Of a DNA stretch of 64,000 nt, positions 61,601-64,000 are shown piece by piece. The notes beneath the pieces were generated by a model that saw nothing but the letters and a program-made list of their open reading frames with translations, made no database searches and had not been told where the DNA came from. Position 1 is the stretch's first letter. Each line of letters begins with the position of its first letter. A program made the position numbers and the translations under genes. The DNA lies in IMG/VR virus record IMGVR_UViG_3300035703_000008, positions 62,001 to 126,000 of that record; one strand, given 5' to 3'.

Positions 61601-64000
61601 TGCTGCCTAGGAAACTCTGATAGAGTCCTACCTGGCTCACATCGTCGAGGTTCAATGCCTGCATGTACTCTCTTGGACGGAATCCAATCAAGCCATAGGC
61701 AAAGAGATCTATCTCTTGCTCGAGGTTGGCGCTGTAGACGCTGTAGGAGTTGGACAATTCGTCGCTGACTGCGGCAGCGTTGGGCAAGAGACCTTTTTGT
61801 ATCTCGTCGTAGTCGCTCTTGATCCACAGCGTGTAGTCAAACTGTTGGCTGGGCTGTATGATAGTGGATGCAGACCAGTACTCGTTCTTGAACAGCACGA
61901 TCTCGCCTTTGGCATACTTACGGCTGGGCACCCACTCCTGGATGTTGTCTTGATTGAGCACGAATCCTGGAGCATTCACTGTACCGTTCCAGTCACCGCT
62001 GAGCCAGCCTGATACCAGCACGCGACCTTGGCGACTGCCCGTGGCAGGATCATAGATGAGATCAGCAAAGATGCTGACATCATCCAGCACTATCATGTGT
62101 TCGTAGTTGGTGAATCTCAGTTCGATGTAGTTGATAGTGTCTGATGTCAACGATGTCACGCGGAAAGTGTTGTCGAGACGATCGATCACGAGATTGCTCT
62201 GTGACAGAGTGAGACGATTTTGATTGAGTATGAGATTTTCTGGCGTGGGTGTGGCAATGCTTTCGGCCACAGCAAAGGGTCTCGTCACTGTGAGACGAGT
62301 GGCACTGGGGTTGAGATTGATCAAGGATCCCTCGCTCCAGCCTTGCTGGCTCCAGTACAGGAATTCCTGTGCCATCTGATTCCAGTTCAGCACATAGCCG
62401 TTTTCTTGATTTTCAAACTCCAGACCTTGCAGAGTCAACAGCTGACCGTAGCTGAGCAGGAAATCACAGACCGCGGTTTCATTGGTAAACACATAGCCGT
62501 AAGGCACACGCACCACCGTATCGGTGTAGGTGGTGGGCACACGCACCTGTTGATTGCCCACTGTGATCTGCCGTGTGGGTCCGGCCACTTGGCTGACAAG
62601 GATTTCAAAATAGGGTCGCGTGGTGCTGTATCCCAACACTGCCCAACCTGTGTCGGTCTTTTGCACGATCACCGAACTGTAGGTCACCCGCTCAAATGCT
62701 TGATTTTTGTACAACAGCAGCTGATAACTTTCGTCGGGCAGGAGCAGGCTGGTGTTGAGACTGTTGGGCGTAGATCTTTCAGTGTAGATCTTGAGATATT
62801 TCTTGTCAGTGAACGCTGCGGTTCTCCAACACAATCTCACTCCGGTATTGGCCAGCACAGTTTCGAGATCGCTGGTGCTGTTGCTGCCGGTCTGGCGATT
62901 GTAGTCGATGATCCAGTTCATGAAGCTGGCCTTGCTGACACCGTTGCCATACAAGGGTGCTAGATTCTTGGCGTCAAGGCGGTATCTACGATCCCACAGC
63001 CACTGGCCGAGATCAGGTTCAAACTGATAACGATCTCGGTCGGCAAACAAGGAAAAGAACTTGGCCGGTTTGGTGAGAGCCAGCAGCCGCATGATCGAGA
63101 ATGGGTAGGAGCTGCTGGATCTCCACGAGCTTTCTACTGGGCCACCGTCACCAAATGTCCAGGATCTGCGCATGGTTTCAAGGCTGTAGTTGCCTACCAC
63201 TGAATTCAGCGGGCTCAGTAAGTTTCCTTCCGAGTCCGACGGAATAACATCAGTGAGACCGGGTCTGGCGTATCTGGGCAGATAGTAGATTCCTGCAGGA
63301 TCACGCACCAGTCCTTGCTCGAGGTCATCCCAGAGCACCAAGTTGCCCGAAGTATAAGGAGCGGGTCCATATTGATTCTGCCACCAGTCGGGCTCTTCGC
63401 TGAATCCCAGCATTTCCCAGGGAGTGACATTGGGTCTTTCAGTGTCGTAGAAATAGAGATAGATACCACGCCATGCGCCTGGCATGAGCTCACCGCTGAT
63501 GCGATCTGAGCTCTGGCTGTAGTTCCAGGTAAACTCATTGGTGGCCACATAGTTCTGTGTGGTGTAGTCCAGCTTGTTCCAGCCCACCCAGCTGAGGAAA
63601 TCTGTGCTCAACATCTGATTGATTTCTTCCAGGGTATAATCCGTGTCACGAAAACGCCCGGGTATCACTTCAGATTCCACGAGCGGAACCGGAGTGGCCA
63701 CTTTGAGGTTGTCAAAGATGCGTGTTTCAAACTCCAACAATATCTGATCACGCACATCACCAAATGCGCGAGTTATTGATCCGTCGTGGCCTTGTATTAC
63801 CATCACTGATCCCGTGGATGTCTTGTCCAGGAACATTTGTGGACGGAATGCGGGATATAGGCCCATCTTGGTGGGTGTGTTGGGAACAAAACTACCGTAA
63901 GTGGTGGCATATTCACGTATGACGATGACATCGCCCACAGTCAAAGGCACAGTTACCGTGAGATTGGGTGCATCCACGGCCACTTCATACTCGTAACCTT
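52632..64000 (-). CDS. giant virion structural protein (baseplate wedge/receptor-binding-like), 5'-truncated, >3780 aa
   Basis: Open frame to the window edge. FG-GAP-like propeller repeats (FGAAV, FGNAV, FGRSVGIS, FGSSINVS, FGSSIALS, FGASLNL, xVGAP), CBM5/12-like WxxxxxYxxGxxV motifs, and T/S/V/G-rich composition. Confidence 0.8.
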   Translation of the reverse strand, partial: GYEYEVAVDAPNLTVTVPLTVGDVIVIREYATTYGSFVPNTPTKMGLYPAFRPQMFLDKTSTGSVMVIQGHDGSITRAFGDVRDQILLEFETRIFDNLKVATPVPLVESEVIPGRFRDTDYTLEEINQMLSTDFLSWVGWNKLDYTTQNYVATNEFTWNYSQSSDRISGELMPGAWRGIYLYFYDTERPNVTPWEMLGFSEEPDWWQNQYGPAPYTSGNLVLWDDLEQGLVRDPAGIYYLPRYARPGLTDVIPSDSEGNLLSPLNSVVGNYSLETMRRSWTFGDGGPVESSWRSSSSYPFSIMRLLALTKPAKFFSLFADRDRYQFEPDLGQWLWDRRYRLDAKNLAPLYGNGVSKASFMNWIIDYNRQTGSNSTSDLETVLANTGVRLCWRTAAFTDKKYLKIYTERSTPNSLNTSLLLPDESYQLLLYKNQAFERVTYSSVIVQKTDTGWAVLGYSTTRPYFEILVSQVAGPTRQITVGNQQVRVPTTYTDTVVRVPYGYVFTNETAVCDFLLSYGQLLTLQGLEFENQENGYVLNWNQMAQEFLYWSQQGWSEGSLINLNPSATRLTVTRPFAVAESIATPTPENLILNQNRLTLSQSNLVIDRLDNTFRVTSLTSDTINYIELRFTNYEHMIVLDDVSIFADLIYDPATGSRQGRVLVSGWLSGDWNGTVNAPGFVLNQDNIQEWVPSRKYAKGEIVLFKNEYWSASTIIQPSQQFDYTLWIKSDYDEIQKGLLPNAAAVSDELSNSYSVYSANLEQEIDLFAYGLIGFRPREYMQALNLDDVSQVGLYQSFLGSKGTKRSAELFTYADLGKETAEYDVYEYWSILRSQYGATANRNYVELLLNEARLRSDPALIQVITPGQSSQADQTVQFGNVWKSTYKLNSPDFLPTTTIPVTDVGLPTAGYVKLDDVDYTVFNFEDLGSLNDDLNDIGVGTTVWVAKVNSYDWNIYRCERVPGVVTTVSNNLNNRALVQFDAQHGLSVNDQIIIRFFNDAVNGVYQVRAVPSLTTVIVDFVFVGTQAAYTGEGVAFVLESARVAQPSDIVNLPYARSLVAGARVWVDNTGEDRWAVLEKTDPYSLTTSLEPSDESADQRFGAAVTQSNRNLAALVGAPGYDQGRGGVYTFVKESNNRYVQDQDIQSLRVAGVAGFGNAVEIGSENWAVAGAADSYSGKGYAVAIYRDNSANNYEQRQLLVNPENDFSGTGDFGRSVGISQDELWMYVGSPGDNKVFAYARQDLEEQVVTYITERGETQYSFAGLIVYDTAFDTQISVTLANAILAPGVDYSIINNVVILTNTPAPGLVLVIARRSSYQLDVQNYSGVTGSSIAGSGASFYVNVARGEYSPTLQDSGSGYSYLETVTIPGTLLGGSTPANDLVLRVLQTGPNYSTIVSAGSTTINISSTDGLVPGQTLHYLSGSGTFVPGTTILSVPSQTQFIIDTPTLTAGTLVFFVSPNAITAIEKVSGTGSTSTLTFDLSSYLYNVSDIFSFSVKVNEAFYRPFIDYTYDSGLGEITFVASPPLGAVIQVVNRTYWDYVDTITVSGVGAADRFGSSINVSGEGRTIMIGSPNSTVDTFTQAGRSYIFDRSVQRFAVISTDVRSYTTTVAPQGPVFVFLNGNRLSDADYFINGDYTVSGSTVTLLPQVQLTVGDEIEISTNQFSLLQNLTSQTPSKDAVFGTAVEQCTNSCSFFVGAPRQTTTAPQAGQVEYWQNQARVYGTITSTIANPNLAAEVGEAVRINDVFVTLTAPAAWSSGQTWLSGTFVISSGDIFLARIDVPIGITLDDAVYWKPTGWAESFARDIQAAITAGDLPNVDVVYGPDLEIAGDGATRVFDIGSIYSSASSYTTVVYINDVIQTSGYTYNNTTKQITFSAAPAAGSVIRVAAGRITVSIKNSATAPAADKIQVLPGSGTLFDSVGFDIYVYQQTITAPVAQDDAYFGSSIALSSTSLGVVIGAPNGSTIRPTTFDAGTTRFDAKSTVFSDPVTQSGAVYEYDFLPSTNSTVNNPGRFVFGQEIYDEGVSELEQFGASLNLTTGVLLVGAPSQDRGDSAAADFGRVGQFVNPTLSPAWQVVRSQQPVVDISLLNTVFMYDRVQGNARQYFDYFDPLQGTVLGAVRQNLDFIGAVDPAAYNVGDINNYGVKWAQERVGQIWWNTNNVRFIDPNQDDIVYASRRWGQTFPGSSIDIYQWVRSPVPPVEYTGPGEPLSDFSYTVTSEVNEQGFFITNYFFWVSGITTVDTAAGKTLSIETLARYIESPRSSGISYVVPINASTVAIYNGLQYISAEDTVLHVEYDLERTENAVHLEYQLVAENRPDSFLVDSLYQKLTDSLAGSDAQGRAVPDPFLTPSEKYGVAVRPRQSMFINRFLALENYLERANRVMAQFPLAETRRSPLLNSEEPEPTPGSGAWDKRLANYEELAFQDLAQVSLGYRYLVASDATNNGLWTIYQVVSGSLFGERELALIRVQNYDTKLYWSYVNWYQPGFNPLTRPVTEVANDSLLETLTVPVGSAVKVTANAQNKWEIYQRTATGWDRVALESGTIEISASIWDYSIGRFGFDVEVFDAQYFDKEPSIETRKIIQALNQEIFIDELAIERNRLLILMFNFILTEQIAPTWLVKTSLVDVDHTIRELVPFQVYRQDNQDFVLDYIREVKPYHVQIREFNLIYQGQDVYQGSVNDFDLPAFWNASENLFVSPVLDNTNTLSTTSSYPDTAAIWTEWPYSQWYQNYLLTIESVTIARAGSGYIVAPTVIVEDDDTAVLTATINSQGQVTGITVVNPGQPRTTTAMLVLDGGLPAARVWQPSIEAFAGQIYEAPGGLVYSVAESGMFESVPPTSTASGNIVYGTTILNYLGTRAQAVANMGNGLVRSITTTIKYDRYQYSSTIQEWQPGRDYANGEMVRYDDRVWAASADDSTAVESITFDPDEWTLVPASALSGVDRTMGFYTPTANEPGLDLALLISGVDYPGVQVFGLGFNFNPGFDSGSYVNPLFDPAASQDPLYVEGYRDVQLATLYAYDEDTGTYVVVPREPETFTPSQWCADRYIGGAGFDTLPFDNIDYGPEGLPTYDENLLDAIYESEFVDPYLGVGPAAIDVDGGAFVDTYSSHAPEELVPGAIFDTLDIRVLTTPGSDWELDGHGFTSQAINYVFTVSGSSYSFDGILDYTVVVRVFNRTQGTELAIGRQFTVDWGNLSVTVNSGAVTGDVLVIMAYSVGGGSQLYRRSFSGEDIGDTVIVPVPLVIDSVTTQFLVFVNGARYTDFTAQVNDTVSSRVVFDDEWTSSDWVTVIAFGTNTLNDWSTPQQQVMGYGGGPYTFTLFNSMQGTNAVNAIVEKNGVRARPPESSEEIADGSSLEYYLPYSGDYDQSAVTENDVYVYVDDQQQQLFVDWELVPWDGSSPRSIMFLQMPPAGSRIVISVWTAAQYVISGNFMQWRSSGGLVPIPGDTLSITTFNDTAQQGLLTQVFVGPTTEGITVDVGFDSASSPGTTGSYDYDPYDFGVGLSVQTNNFNIGRVITDTSRMTVTLNGEFLFPEVGFTVTGTTVTILGEIINAADVVAITTMTNSTVPGSIEFRIFQDMRGQQTTYRITESTSSILTQAMTTDSTVISVQDASKFPQPNLAEGFFGMVTIDGERITYRSRDLATNTLTGLRRGTAGTGVAAHAAGAAVYDIGVGNMLPAEYQDRIVAQNFLADGRTTIFEATEISVLGVDSTELDDSVQVYVGGILQVGGYVITDGDPVTIQFSQPPTNGYQVSIQVRRGLSWYQPGPGTASDGVPLQETDTVAARFIRGD

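Noticed and set aside
1-64000. Alternative genetic code (stop-codon reassignment)
   Set aside because: Long genes are uninterrupted in the standard code; TAA, TAG and TGA all end genes at sensible operon junctions; no suppressor tRNA is present.

Overview
This is a 64-kb fragment of a large T4-like (myovirus-type) dsDNA bacteriophage genome in the standard genetic code. It is not bacterial chromosome. The host is probably a betaproteobacterium; this is inferred from the tmRNA tag ANDEVFALAA and the RpoZ N-terminus MARIT. Layout: (i) 1-7 kb is a host-takeover island with five CCA-encoded tRNAs, a circularly permuted two-piece tmRNA, an RNA polymerase omega subunit, ferredoxin-NADP reductase, an RNase H-like protein and at least one unassigned structured-RNA candidate. 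(ii) 7.1-12.6 kb is an operon of a porin-like protein, an MFS transporter, two acyl-CoA ligases and a NeuD-like acyltransferase, the last four translationally coupled. (iii) 14.3-22.7 kb holds early genes behind four near-identical sigma70 promoters, including an AAA+/vWA pair and thyX. (iv) 22.7-49 kb is a very large sugar-tailoring region: epimerase, DegT aminotransferase, amidinotransferase, carbamoyltransferase, five radical SAM paralogues (a sixth is at 2.6 kb), several glycosyltransferase-like and SGNH-like paralogues, and a 1784-aa protein with 17 tandem ~64-aa repeats. (v) 49-64 kb holds tail and baseplate structural genes, ending in a >3780-aa protein cut by the window edge. All calls come from reading motifs by eye; no database search or folding program was run.
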